DNA of 63,988 nucleotides, the filler included, from Jimgerdemannia flammicorona (lineage: Eukaryota): the NCBI GenBank assembly GCA_003990765.1. It is 3 parts of 3 records of this genome, joined end to end, with 100 filler letters (N's around TTAATTAATTAA, not from the genome) between each part and the next. Parts side by side here need not be neighbours in the genome. Positions count along the whole stretch, not along the records: positions 21,368 to 42,628 come from RBNJ01001491.1; positions 42,729 to 63,988 come from RBNJ01001492.1; 1 more part is not named here. The stretch is one strand, 5' to 3'. The translations under genes and the position numbers were made by a program. Shown here one piece after another: positions 38,225 through 52,700 of the stretch; the stretch's first letter is position 1; every line of letters starts with the position of its first letter. The notes under the pieces were generated by a model. The model did not search any database, was not told the DNA's origin, and saw nothing but the letters and a program-made list of their open reading frames with translations.

Positions 38225-41200
38225 CTTACTTCAAGATAGAGCTAACATCACTATCAAGATAGACAAGATTATGAGCAAGACCCAGATTGTAATACAGTCA
38301 GCTATACAGTATAAGAGAATACTTAAGAAGGCAATGCATATCTTTATTATAATGATCTGTCCCAAGAAATAAGACAAGAGACTATCAGTCAATAAAAGTA
38401 TTAAGTTACTACTAGAAGAATTCAAGAATATCTTTCCAGACAAGCTATCTGATATACCACCTATATGAGAAGTTGATCATGAAATCATACTAACCCCCAG
38501 AGCTGTACCACTCAAGAAATATATATATTACATATTACTACTCAAAATTGAAGTAGTCAGGAAGAAACTAGAAGAACTACTTATATGAGGAGCTATTCAG
38601 TCAAGCAAATCTCCTTATGGCTCACTAGTCCTGTTCATCAAGAAGAAAGATAGTATTCTGTAAATATATATAGACTACTATATACTCAATAAGCTTACTC
38701 TCAAGAACTACTATCTGCTACTCTTGATTGATCAAATCTTTGATACTCTCAAGAATGTCAAGTACTTCACCAAGCTAAACCTCATGTCAGAATATCACCA
38801 GATTCAAATCAAGCCAGAAGATATTCCCAAGACTGTATTCATGACCCCCTTTGGACTCTATAAATTCCTGGTCTTAGCATTTGGTCTCACCAATGTACTC
38901 ACCACATTCCAGACCCTGATGAACAAGATATTTAAGAACCAACTATTTATTTTCCTATTGGTATATCTTGATGATATCCTGATCTTTAGTATAACTAAAG
39001 AAGAACACCTCAAATATATTTGAATAGTCCTAGAGATCCTGCAAAAACACAAGCTTTATACCAAGCTTAAGAAGTGTGAATTCTTTAAGAAATAAGTCAA
39101 ATACCTTGATCACATTATCTCTGTACAAGGAATTCAAGTAGACTCATATAAGATAGAAGCAATTGAAGAATAGCCTATTCTATTGAATCTTATAGAACTC
39201 TGATCTTTCCTTGGTTTAGCTGGCTACTACTGTCACTTTGTCAGAAACTTCTCTGATATTGCTGAGCCACTGACTAATCTCATGAGAAAGGCTCTGCACT
39301 TAGACCACTATATACCCTACATCTGGGATCTCTTCTGTCAACAAGCTTTTTAAGAACTCAAACCCATACTCTAGTCCTACATAATGCAGATCAAGGCCTA
39401 AAATTCACAGTTATCACTGATGTATCAAATTTTGCCATTGGAGTAGTTCTGTCATAAGATGATGATAAAGAACACTATCCTATTACTTTTGAGTCCCATA
39501 AGTTGGCTCTGACTGAATAAAAGCTAACCACTCATGAGAAGGAACTACTAGCAATAATACATATACTAGACTACTAGTGATACTATCTAGAAGGTGTTGA
39601 GTTTGATGTCATTACTGACCATCAATCTCTTATATACATCAATACCCAACTTACTCTATCACATCTACAAGCCAAGTAGAGCCTCAAGCTTCAAACCTTC
39701 AACTCAACAATCATCTACAAGTCTGATAAGATACTTGTAGTACCAGATACCTTATCAAGATGCCCTGACCTTGCCATAATTATACAGGTCACCTTAGTAT
39801 TAGAATTTCTAAACCAAATTAGACAAGCTTATAAAGAGGACATAGTTGCTACTAGAGTTTTCTCAAATGAGCTCAAGGATATATATACTGTCAAGAACAA
39901 TCTGATCTATTATCAAAATCAAGTTTATCTACCTGAAAACATAAACTTATGCTATAAGGTTTTACAAGAACACTATAACTCCTCTCTTATTAGTTACCTG
40001 GGAATCAAGAAGACTGTCAAGAACATCCAATGCCACTACTATTGGCCAAGTATGGTCAAGGAAATCAAGAACTATATTGCCAGCTATGATCTATATCAGT
40101 ACAACAAGTCTACCAACCAAGTACTAGCTGGTTTGCTATAACTACTGCTAATTTCTACCAAGAAATTCAAGTAAGTTATCATAGACTTTGTAACTCAACT
40201 ACTACATATAAACTCAATCTGGTACTAATGCTATCATTATATTCATTGACTACTTGATCAAGACTATAGTTGCTGAACCAACCACTATCAATGCTACTGT
40301 ACCTAAGATTGCAAGAATTTTCTTCAAGTCCATCTTCTGTCACTATGGCCTACTATAAGTAATTATTAGTAATCATGACTCCAAGTTCACTAGTTACTTC
40401 TGGCAAACTCTCTTTAAGACCCTAGGAATCCAATTGGCTATGTCTACTACCTTCTACTTACAAACTGATGGACAAACTAAATATATAAACAGAACTCTAG
40501 AACAAATGCTTAGAAACTATGTTTCTTACAAGTAAGATGATTGAGACCATTATCTGACTTATGCAGAGTTTGTATATAACAATGCTATCCAATTATATAC
40601 TGATCTTTTCCCTTTCTGGTTACTCCACAGTCAAGATCTGAAGATCTCTGCAAGTCTATTCTCTTGTAAGAAAAGTAGTCAAATATAAGTCTCCACTGTC
40701 AAGAGCCTTATAGATAAAATGGATGAACTACTCAAGATTATTACCATGAATCTTCAGAAGGCTCAACAGCATCAAGCCAAGTATGCTGACAAGAAACACT
40801 ATGATGTCACTTACACTGTTAGAGATTAAGTCCTACTGTCTACTAAGAACCTCAAGATATAATCTCAAGTCAACTGCCCTTTAAACAAGTTCCAACTCAA
40901 GTATATTGGATCTTTTGAGATTACTGAACAAGTCTCCACATCCTCCTACTGCCTCAAACTATCTGAAACTATGAGAGTATACTTAGTTTTTCATGTATTA
41001 TATCTCAAGACCTGGAACCAGTCACTGCTCTACCCTGGTCAAATTCCTAAGCCATCCATCTCTGTGATTACTGAAGATCATATTGAGTATAAAGCTGAGA
41101 AAATCCTCAACAAATAAATCTGCTACTGTCATCCTGAATATCTAGTCAAGTGGATAGACTACCTTAAATATGATGCTACCTGGGAACTGCTGGTCAACCT

Positions 41201-41250
41201 CAAGAACTCTCAAGATCTAGTCCAAGACTTCAAGATAAAATGCATTGCCT
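38225..41250 (+). pseudogene. pol: Family B pol continuation: RT, RNase H, integrase, chromodomain
   Basis: YHQIQIK, FGLTN, LVYLDDILIFS (~38960), TDVSNFAIG (~39415), QTDGQT (~40460), YIGSF (~40902), EYLVKWIDY..ATWE (~41135). Confidence 0.92.
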
Positions 41251-42628
41251 AATCCCTATAGTGACTTCCTTGGATTGTCAATGACCTATGGCAATGACCA
41301 GTACCTTATATATCAGAAGTTTATTTTGAGACCCCAGAACCAGCAGAACATTTAATGAATAAGAAGTCCATCAAAATGAAGCTACTAGCTGAGTTCAAAT
41401 TCCTCTCAGTTGATTAGTCTGGTAATAGGCCCTCTGCCCTATATGAGGATGGCTAATCCTCACCAATATACTGATATAAGTTTGAGAAATTTTGGTTAAA
41501 TATACATATCTAGTCTTATGTTATCTAAGAACTCAATAAGGACATTGATTCTTAAGAAGGGAGATATGTAACAATTTCACAGTCATATTTAGTCTTAGTA
41601 TATTTCCATATCTTTTAGTTAGTCTTTTCTTATCATTTCTTAAACATTCTACTATGTTCTGCTATCTTCTACTTACTTAGAAATCTTCTCTCAGTGCCTA
41701 GACACTACTAGAACATTCTTGTCTTTTCTTGGCACCAAGCATCTTGTCTTAGCTAGTTATAGAACCTTTTGGAACATTGTAGAACTATATTAGTCATCTA
41801 TGCTGAGAACTTATTTCTTAGCATTTCTCTTTCTTTCCAGATCTTTCTTTCAGATTATATATAAATATTCTTATTCTCTATCTGAATAAAGCTCAGAATA
41901 TTTTCTCTCAAAAATACTTGAACCTTTAAGTATCTCTTTGAACTACTTTAGACCAACTAGAATTTTCAGATTTAGCTACTTCCTCTTAAAGAAACTAGAA
42001 CTGTTACAATATCTATAGCATAATATCATATTGAACTATCAGATGGGTCACTTGATGAAAAGTGATACCCAGGAGTATGAGGAGTGTCTGGATGTTAGAC
42101 AGAAGGAAGGAGTAGTACAGATTCCTGAATATTGATTAAGAGAGTGTGAGGTGATGGATGACTTTTGGAGGGAGATTGAGGTATAGTTGGAGGAGTACCT
42201 ATCAGAGTTAGTGGCAGGCAGAAAGTGGGGTGAGCTCCAGAGGAGGTTGGTGGAGGGGTTGGAAGATGAGTAGTTGATATTAGGATAGGTACTGGTAATT
42301 TTGATTGGGCTTGCAGGTCATTGACTATTTGTTTTTGAGAAGGGTCAATGGTTGATATTGGGGGTGAGAGGAGTGATTGGTGATGAACATGTTGACTGAG
42401 TGGTAGAGGGGTGGGGGTACTGATGGGAGATATTAGAGATAATTAGTAGAGATGATCTGTAGAAAGAGTGGGGAAGAGATTGGAGTGGCTGAGAGGTCAG
42501 TAGTATTTTGGGAAAATGGTGAGAGGAAGAGAGAGATTCTGAGTGAGATTGGGTGAGGGGGTGCATTTATATTAGTATTTCATAGATAGTTTGGTAATAA
42601 AGTAGAAGTTCATATAACTATAAAAAAA

Positions 42629-42728
42629 NNNNNNNNNNNNNNNNNNNNNNNNNNNNNNNNNNNNNNNNNNNNTTAATTAATTAANNNNNNNNNNNNNNNN
42701 NNNNNNNNNNNNNNNNNNNNNNNNNNNN
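42629..42728. other. Scaffold gap with artificial TTAATTAATTAA spacer
   Basis: N run with the 12-mer at 42673-42684. Confidence 0.97.
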
Positions 42729-45700
42729 TTATAGTCACTTGGACTCCGTCTTTATTACCAGTCTATGAATAAGTATACAATACCACCACCTACTAACCAA
42801 TCCCCCTAGGGGAGCCCCTCCCCACCCCTTCACGAATAAAGATCACCCTTTCACCCATAACTCCAACTCTTCCACCACTCTGTCCACAGATTTTCTCCAC
42901 CAAGCAGTGCCTCCAACCCCCCTGCAGCCCCCAACCAAGCCACCAGCCTGTCAAGATATCTTCCATAAGTCTCTGCCACTGGACAACTGGCTCCCCATGC
43001 TCTGTTGCCTCCTATCCTCAAAAATAAATAGCTAGTGACTGGCCAGTCCAACCCAAATAGCCAATGCCCAACCTAAGGTAATTTACTCCTTTCCTACCCC
43101 TCCTACCAATCAATCCCTCAAGTCCTCCCACCTCCCCCATACTTCATCTCTCCTATGCCTCACCCCCAAGTAGTTCCCGATGATCTGTCAAAAGTCTCCC
43201 AATATCTTGCACTCTCCTAGCCAATGTTCTGGCATCTGTACCAAGCCCCCTTCCTGCCCTACATTCTGACACTCCTCACAGTCGAAGCAACCCCCTATGA
43301 TAAGGTGCCCTGAGCAGAAGTTGAGCATTACATTTCTCCTCAGCATGTACCACCAGACCACCCAGTACTTTGGTGGTATCTATTTTTGTACTGTGGTACT
43401 CCAGATCCAAACACCATACCAGTCCCACTCTTTTCCAATTCTAACTCCTTGCCAACTGCTAGGCCACAGATCCTGGCCTGGTCCCCTTTGGCATTCTATT
43501 CCATCCCCAATGTTGAACTCAAGTAAAGGCATGCCACCCAGCAGTATGCCATCCTATCTCCACATCGCCAGGTCTCAAGCCTCCTCCCCCTCATTTCCCT
43601 GCCAGCGAATACCAATGCAGTGTGCTCCCTCCACTATCCCCCACCAGAAACCTTTATATTGCAATTGAGTAGTATTCTGAAGTCCAACCAATGAGAGAAG
43701 TTGAGCCTCTTGGTGATGACTGCCTCTCCCAGACCTTCTGCAGCAGGGGAACCCAATCCCCTCCTCACAACTCCACCACCCTCTTAAGCCACCATGCCCT
43801 CAAGCAGTGTAGTCATTTGGGAAAGTCCATCAGCCCAAGACCACCTCTCGCCACTGGTAGGGACAAGATCTCCCAACCAATCTGGCTCCATCTGCCAGCC
43901 CAAATCCATCCCTTGGCCACCTTCACCAATCTCTTCACCACCTAGGCTGGGAAGTCCAGATGATAAGCCAAATACCACAGCTTCAGCAGCCAATATACAT
44001 TCAAAATTGAGACCCATCCTGTCAGAGAAAAGTGGCTTCCCCCCCAACCCCACAGGTCCTCTTCCTAAATTCCAATTTGCTGCTCCCACCAAAGCCTGGG
44101 CAGAACTGACCCATAGACTGACAAATAGATGCCCAAGTACTGCACTGCCTCACCAGTGGGGACAACTATTCCTATAACTTCCCCTCCCACTAGGCCATTG
44201 CCAAGCACCATTGTTTCACACTTGTACTAATTTAGCTTCACCTCAGAGTTCTCCTCATACCACTCCACTGTCTTCTTGAGCTCCTTAACATCAGCAATCG
44301 ATCCCAAACCAACCACCATGTCATCCACAAAGGCCCCCACTTTCCACCCAATACCATAGATAGAGAGCCCCACTATCCTCCACCTAATTCTGTCCATTAG
44401 GGGTTCCAGGGAAAGAGTATACAAGATGGGGGACAGTGGGTCCCCCTGGGGCACCCCTCTACCCAGAGAGAATGCTACCCCTCTATGTCTATTACACATG
44501 AGTGCAGCCCTACTCTCTTCCAGTAGGCTGATCATTGCTGACTGAAATTGGATTGGTACCCCCATTCTATCCAATACTTTTGCCAGCCAGACTCATCACA
44601 TCTGATCATAAGCCTTCTCCTGGTCCAAGAAGACTAGCCACCCATCCAGTCCACAGGCTCTAGTCCCTTCAATAACTCTATGTACCCAGGCTGTGCCATC
44701 TCTAATGAGCCGACCACCCACAAATCCCCTCTGCTCAACATCTATAACTTACTGGGCCATCTTCTGTAGCCTCACAACCACCACCTTAGTCACCAACTTT
44801 CTGTCCATATCTAGCAACATTATTGACTGCCAGTTCTTCCAATCCTCTCACCTTCCTTTGTTCTTATAAAGCAGCATCACCAGCCCAAGATCCTGCTCTC
44901 CCACCCATCTCCCTATCTGCAATATAGAGTCACACAATACCATTAGCTCTCCCATCACACCTGGGACTCCAACCATTTACTTTCAGAAGTCCCAGGATAG
45001 GCCATTCTCCCCAGGTGCCATATCTGAGGCTGTTGCAGTAAGAACCTGGTGGATCTCATCCTCCTTTACAAGCATCACCAGGTCTTCTAGTCCCACAACT
45101 TATGGTAGATGCCAATCCTCCAATATTTAGTCAATAGCAGTAGTATCTGCCCCACCCTCCTCCTCACTCCACAATCTATTCTATTGCTCCTTCAGTAATC
45201 TAAGAATATCCTGTACACCATGCACTAGGACACCATCCAAGTCAAGTACCCCTTTTCATCATTGCTATACCCTTCTCACCCTGAGGGTCCTTATGAGAAA
45301 CTTGGAAGGCCTCTCTCCTTCCTCCAGTCCCTGCCAACAAAGCTGTGCCACCAAGCTTTGCACTCTCACCTCTTTCTCTTCCTGCAGTACCTGCTGTAGT
45401 TCTCCAACCTCCATCTTTGCCTTCATTACTCTTCAATCTTCTTCTCCCTCCACCATCACTAGTCTCACCCACTCCTCCAGAAGTCTAGTCAATCTAGTAG
45501 AAGCCTAATGCACTCTCTGCCTTTGCCACTTCCCTGCCTCCTTGCCAGCCTCACTCCAGTACATCCTGGCCATCTCTTTTATCCTCATCCACCAAACCCC
45601 AATCGAGACACCTTCCTGCCTTCAGTTCTCCACCCTCAGCTAAATGTCTTTAGCTCACTCCTCCTACCAGGACTCATCATCTAATAAGGAGAAATTTAGG

Positions 45701-48570
45701 CACCAATGTCTAGGCCTATCCCCACTTCCCCCAAAGCACCCCTGCTCCAAAAAACCTCAGTGATCCAACCATAGACACCATTCTACCTTCAGTGACTTCC
45801 AAACATCTCAGCCCCAACAGTTGGCCATCAGAATCCAGTCAATTCTTGTCCCCAGGCCTCCAGCCCAATGCGTATATACCCTCTTATCCCCCCAGTACTC
45901 CCTACCAGCATCTACCAGTGCTCCTAGTCTTTTGACTTCCTCCCACATCACCAGCCCCCCACTCTTGCTCGCAGTACCCCATCCTCCATCAGTTCTATCC
46001 ATCTATATATTCTGAACCATATTGAAATCTCCCCCAAGCATATCCACTCCAGCCTCTGCCAGGATCCCACTCTCCTGGAGACCCTTTACCCAATCTATAC
46101 ACTCCCCCCTTATGGCAGGGCAGTAACAGGAGCTAACAGTAACTGGCTCCCAGCCTGCACGAATCTATTCTCCCCAGACCAGCCTCTCCCCCCAGCTCCT
46201 CATATCTCTTATCTCTCCTCTGCCTTTCTGAACCAGAATCCCAACCTTGCCATTCCAAATTGCCATGCCACTCTATTTCTTTGTCCATTCCATCCTATCA
46301 GAGTCATCCTCATACCTGATATCCTGCAAGAGAAAGAGATCAGCCTCCAATCTCTTTAGCCAAATAAAAATATTCCTACATCAACCAGTACCCTGTAGCC
46401 CATTCACATTCAAAGAAAAAATATTAGTTGTACTGTTTATAAGGAAATATGATTTGGTATCAGTTGATCTCTACTGCTCCATGCTCATCTCCTCCTGTTC
46501 TGTGTCCAGATTATGTTCAGCCATCACCTCCTTCTCTTCAGCCCTCTGAGTCTCCAATCCAGCTAACAACTCATTCATCTCCCCATCCACCTTCTCCTCA
46601 AACTCCTCCTGGTACTCAATGCAAGCCTCCTGCCAAAGCTACAATCCATATCACTTATTCCAACAGTACTCAGCCCTCTCCCCAGTGACAACTGCCATCT
46701 CTGCCTCCCACTCCTTGTTCACCTCATACCCTTCCTCCTCCAGATACACTGTGAGAATTTCCACCTTCAGTGCCAACATCACTCTATCCCCCTGCAAAAT
46801 CTATACTCAGTACTCATCATCCATCACTTGCAAGTCCACCTCTCCCAACTCTTCTGCTGCCAGGTTATTTATCATCCTGCACATCCAAAGTAGGTTCTCC
46901 ACCTCCTTCCCTCCAGGGATCACCGGCCTCCCTCTATCTAGCATTATAGTGTTGGCTCCAGCACTCACAGCCTCATCCCATACCTCTGGAACATCCACTA
47001 GTTCTTCCTCCCCAGCTGCCACCACATGACCCCCGTTTATCACTTTGGGAATGCCAAATTTTACCTAATGGGTCCCCAGTATTGTCATGTCCTCCACCAT
47101 CTTGTTTCTGGAAGCTGGGCCTCACCTGATAAGAGGAGAAGGAGTGGGGGAATCCTCCCAGATCTCATCCCAAACCCATTAGCATATGGGTCAATAATCT
47201 TCACCTCCTTCACCTTCCCTGTCTCCTCTCTAGCATTCCCACTCCTCTTGCCAGCCCAGACACTTGCTTTGGCCCCTTCCACACCCATCATCTTGCTCAC
47301 ATCCTCCTGTGGTCTGCTCCCCATTTTAGCCAGCAGATCTTTCTGTCTCTTATGCCCCTGAACCCTTTTTCACTATACCTTATCCACTCAAATCCTCTTT
47401 CCATCCACCACCTCCAGATGCATTGACTCCATGAAAGCCTTCCAAGCCTTCACTCACCACTCTACAGCACTATCCAATTCTTCCAGCACTTCCAATAAAT
47501 CCTCTTCCTCCTCTTCACTTCCTTTCACCCTCATCACCTTATACAAGATCACTCCCCAGACCATCACCAAAGGCCAGTCCCTTGCCTTCCCAGTAGCTTC
47601 TTTCTCAGCTAGCCGAATCCTCACATCCATATCCCCAGTCCTGAGCAAGGTCCCTTCCCAGACCCTGAATCTGATATCCACCACCTCTCTATACTCCGCC
47701 ATGACATCCTCAACTCTCTTTCTCATTTCCATCACTATCACCATGGGCACCCCTTTCACCAGCAGTTGGACCACCCTTGGATCCTATTTCAGACACCTTA
47801 CCATTGGAACACACACCTCCCCAACCACCAACCTGACCTTCAATGCCTCCTCTAGCAGCTCAGCCTCCTCAAAACCCACCTCTACACCCTCTAGTCTCTT
47901 CAAAAACTTCACCAATGTAGCTTCTGCCACCTGCTTAGCAATAAGCCCCAGCATCATTTTGGCCATCACTGCTAAGTCCCAGAAGCACAGTGTAACCGTG
48001 AATGCTGAGATCGATTTTTTGAGTAATGGGGCCACCACTAGGCCTATCACACCATCCACCAAATCCTCTTGTCTTCCAAACCTCAGCCACTCAGTCTCAC
48101 TGACAGCTATTACATCTGGATTTTTTTCCAGATTAGCAGTCCCATCACCATCAGCAGTCACACTCCCTCCAGCTGCTACTCCCCCAGCTCTACTGCCCCC
48201 CTTTCCAAGAGCTACACCCCCACATACCACCACCTTCTTGGTCTCCTTGCCCCTCCTAAGCCAGCCCTCTAGCCCTGATGCCTGCTGCCTCCCCTTCACC
48301 ATCTCCACAAAGCTCGCTCTCCCAGACCCTTGTCTGCCACCAATATCTCTACCTCTTCTGCATCCTCCTGCCAGCAGCTCCCTCATGCCCTGAGCCCCTC
48401 CCCACCTACTGCCATTCAAAAGTGCTTGGGCTACCCTGCCCAGTGTGCACCTCAGATTGCCTGTCAGTTGTAATATTGTTAGTCTCTTTTCTCTAAAAAT
48501 GATATTGTAAGTACCTTCTAAAGGTTGTATAATCTGAATAGTACTGTGATAGTTTTATTGATATTCTGTA
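42729..48570 (-). mobile_element. L1/Tx1-like LINE copy 2 (related to copy 1), near full length
   Basis: ORF1 remnants 48419-46450; ORF2 from about 46440 with FSLNVNGL, GGDFN, RIDWIL, DQEKAYD, GVPQGDPLSP, AFVDD; AATAAA near 42750; 5' unit similar to 24420-24615. Confidence 0.9.
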
Positions 48571-48829
48571 TTATCTGTTTTTTTTTTCCTTTACTAAAGA
48601 ACTTATCAATAGATTTATCAATATATTTATTAACTAATTTATCATCAAGATCTTCAAAGTTATTAAGTTGCTTATTATCAATTTTATCAGTTTTATCAGT
48701 TTCATCAGTTTTGTCATATTGAAACATATTGATTTTATTATTAGTTTCATTATGTTATAATATGTGTGAGGTGATAAAGATTATATAAGATGAGTGGGCT
48801 TTCATTCTTTTTATTAGTTACTATATTCT

Positions 48830-49784
48830 TTGATGTAGATATAGAAGACATCAAATCAATCTACTAAAAAGCAAGACCAATTCTACAGGCTTACTATGAA
48901 TAGCTTAGAGAAGAAATCAAGCAGATAGAAGAAGTCAGTATTATCAAAGAAGCCAGTAGTTCTTGGACTTCACCAGTTATACTGACTCTGAAGAAAGGAA
49001 GCAAACTAAGAGAATTTACTCCAAGATACTATACTGATTATATGAAGCTCAATCTAGCTACTAAGAAGAATTACCAATTATTGCTCCTCATCAGTAACAT
49101 CCTTGTGATCTTGAGAGATGAAGTATAGTATTATATGTAGTACTTTAGATTTATATTCAAATTAGCCTCACAGAAGTAGCAAGTGAGAAGTCAGCCTTCA
49201 TTACTCTAGATAGAACTTATATCTATCTATAAATGCTATTCAGAATGTGCAATATACCAGTAAGCTTCCAGCAAATGATGAACAAAATCTTCTGCTATAC
49301 ATAATATGGGAAGATAGATGATAGTTTATATAGATGATATTATCATCTATAGTAAAACAGCTGAAGAACATTTGTAGCACATCCAGCAGATGATAGAGAA
49401 GCTAAAGAAGTATGGCCTATATATCAAGTCTAAGAAGTATAAGTTTACAGAAATTGAGATCTCTTACCTTAGCTATATTATCAACTGAGATAGAATATAT
49501 GTGGATCCTCTCAAGATTCAAGCAGTAGCAGTATATCTAAGACTCACCACTATCACTGAAGCCCAAGCCTTCATAGAACTTATCTCATACTATTACAGAT
49601 TTATCAAAGAATTCTCCAATATCATAGGACCAATCTATAAACTCAATAAGAAGGATATCAAGTTTCAATAGACAGATAGACAATAAAAGATATTTGATAA
49701 ACTCAAGATCAGGCTGACCCAAGCACCCATCCTCAGAAGACCTGATTGGACTCAAGAATTCATTCTGCAGACAGATGTAAGTAT
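48830..49784 (+). pseudogene. pol: Gypsy RT to RNase H fragment (family unresolved)
   Basis: SSWTSPV, DYMKLN, VYIDDIIIYS (~49324), LTQAPILRRPDW..FILQTD, cut by the TG at 49785. Confidence 0.85.
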
Positions 49785-52700
49785 TGTAATAGTGATCTCA
49801 GAATTATGATATCAGCACAAGAGACAGCAATTTCTTATAAGCCACCAGATCAAAGCACAAGAAGATCATATGGCATGACTCACTCAGGCTATGAGATGAG
49901 TAATGATGACCAACTATGAGTCATTGTGACCACAGTACAGGCATCTTGAGGAATATAAAAGAAGGATCAAGAAACTGCAGTAGTAGTAACTCAATAAGAC
50001 TCACTAATCCCAAAATAGCTCAAAGACTTACTATAAACAAAATACCTGCTGCTCACCAAATCTCAAGGTCAAGGAACTACCAAGGTATCTCAGTCAAAGA
50101 AACAATATTCCAAGACATCAGAAGAGCCATGAGGACCTACACAAGAAGGACTCCTAGCCTCAACCTGGGTACCAGAGATCCTTATCACTTTATTCTCTAC
50201 TGCTATGAAATGAAAACAAGGATCACCATTGCTACTGAATGCCTTCAAATGTGGCAGAAATATAAAATAGGAAACCTTCTCTACTGGAAGTTCCCACAGA
50301 TCAGCCCTCAAGAGTTACAAGATGCCACTCCTATAGATATATATGAAACAAAGATAGCTAAGAAGATTTATCAGATCTTCAGACATACACTATAGTTAAT
50401 CTCCAACTTGGAGTATATTAGAGTCTCAGACTTCAGAGATCTATCAGCCTACTGTATCAATGCACTAGAAGCCAGAGTGGCTATAGAAGTCCAGTCCACT
50501 ATCATTCTCAATAGTGATAAAGTAGAAGACTTCTGGTATCCTATCCTCTAGGACAACCCAGATCAATTTCTGCAAGGATTGATCTCAGTATTCTAAGGCC
50601 CAAGCATCCAGATTAGATCTTCCCAAGACTCCACATTTGTCTCTTATTTTGTGGAAGAGAACCTCATAGACTGAAGAGTCCCAGATCTCCTCACTCTCTC
50701 TGCCACTACTGAATGTAATGATGTCATTGGCAATGATGTCATCCTGTACAACATATGTAAAACAAGCAATCTACATGATGAGACCAAAACATTCACAAAT
50801 CTTATCTCCTTCAGTGATAATGAGGATGAAGCCCTCATAGTCCTGAACATTCTACTCTAAGTTCCTTAGTTATACTGGATTATGTCAGCATTCTTTTCCT
50901 ATATAACAGCTGTTTCTTCACTGGCATTCTGACCTTGTGTGACTCAGAATTATTCTAACACCCTTTTCCTATATCACCAAAATTATACCAGCATCCTGAA
51001 TCTGTGTAACCATCTGTACTGACACTGGAACTTGGCAGTTTTCTGTATTCCAGTATTTTATTTAGTTATTGAAATTTATATTTAACTTTATATCTTAGTA
51101 ACTATTGAATTATATTTTATATAAATACCCCTCTTATTTTCTTTAAAATAAAGTTAGTTTACTTAGTGCAATATATATAATTCCTTACAAGCAATCTAAA
51201 AGAGATAACAAGACAGTTTAAAGATAAGAAGTTTGAGAACTATAAGATCTTGGGGAGATACTCTAATAAGAACTTACTTATAACAAACTTGAGTTAGTCT
51301 AAGAGATATACCTTGAAGAGAATCTGATATATTTGAAGGACTCAATAACTACTATATAACAACTTAGTACCTATTGGCTGGTAATTCAAGATGAATTCCT
51401 CACTTTCAAACTAAAAAATAAACAACTACTACAACAACTACCCTGACTACAAGAGTCACCCCTGTAAGAATTCAAGACAAGATGGAAATATATCTCTCTA
51501 CATTTTATAAATATACTACTGAAGAGTCAATCCTGATCTTCGTTGAAGACTTTGAATAATTTACTGCTATATGAGCTCTCAACATAGATGCACAATTGAT
51601 CCTTCTACTAGTCAGCCTCAGAGGACCTACCAGAGACAAGTTCAATACAGTCACTATTGCTGATACTGGTGCAGCCAAACTTATCAATATGAAGGCCTTC
51701 CTCAGAACAATATACTACTGAAGAGATCAAGCAAGTTCTCAAGGATCAACTCAATACTATCTGTCAGAGACTCAGTGAAGATCCCAACTCATTTTATATC
51801 CAAATCTGCCACCAGATTGACTTGGCTAGCTATAATAATGCTCTCAAAGAACAAATAGCAGATTCAACCTTCTTCAAAGGAGTTCACTCTGAAATTGCCC
51901 TAGCAATCTAGTCTACCCCAGCTGTACTGACTCTTGATCAGAAAGTGGTCTTTGTATAGAGATATTGGACTGCCAGATACCCCACTGAATACTTAATGGA
52001 GAAAATAACTGGCATCAAGATAGAGCCATCAAAGTCAACTGGTATCATATCCACCACAGTTATAAACAGACAACCATCTCTACCTACCCCCAAGGCAATC
52101 AAAGCTGACCCAGTAGAGGAACTCACCAAGCAGTTTGCTGAGATGACTGTACACCTTGGTGATGTTGTTAGAGAAGTCTGAAGTGCCAACAGAAGACCAG
52201 TATAGAGATTTGTAGCTGCTACAGAAGAACATAATATTATATGCTTCAGATATTGAGAAGAAGGCCACTATGCAAAGAGTTGTATGACTGAAACAAGATG
52301 CAAAGCCCAACCAAATAATGCTACCAGAACCAGAGAACAAACCAATGCAGTAGTCATCAAGGAGATTAGTGATACTGATGATGAAGAATACTATGAAAAG
52401 CTCGAATTCTACTCTGCTACTGAAGGTACCAGAACCCAGTCTAAGCTCTATGACAAGAAGAGCAATAGCAAGCCAGTTAGAAGATTGAAGAAGACTCCAG
52501 CTATCACTATTCAAAGCAAGATCCAACCCAAGGAGATCAATCAAGACATGGAGTTAGATGAAGCTACCTACTAAATCATTAAAGGCACTACTCCAGTCTC
52601 AGGAGAAAGTGAAAGCAAGAAGAAATAGAAGCTGCACAAGACCAAGATCCACCAGTATGATATCTATAAGGACTTCAAAGAACAAAAGATCAATGTTACT

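Larger units (their letters stand above)
29582..42008 (+). mobile_element. Gypsy family B chromovirus, full-length, decayed; family A nested at 31864-38219
   Basis: LTRs 29582-30034 and 41567-42008; perfect TSD atatc (29577-29581, 42009-42013); degenerate PBS tgatagtagtgg at 30037; PPT aagaagggaga at about 41554. Confidence 0.95.
24400..42628 (+). mobile_element. L1/Tx1-like LINE copy 1, split by Gypsy family B at 29582-42008
   Basis: About 100-bp 5' tandem units 24420-24615; ORF1 remnant about 24680-26520; ORF2 from 26533; AATAAA and A-tail at 42596-42628; 5' boundary approximate. Confidence 0.88.

Noticed and set aside
42560..42800. Tail-to-tail LINE pair suggesting a targeted or telomere-like arrangement
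   Set aside because: The junction is a scaffold gap, so adjacency is unproven
47431..48393. 320-aa Ser/Thr/Pro-rich plus-strand ORF
   Set aside because: Antisense shadow of the purine-rich LINE ORF1
48518..48727. Asp/Lys-rich 69-aa ORF
   Set aside because: Low-complexity AT-rich sequence with no recognisable domain
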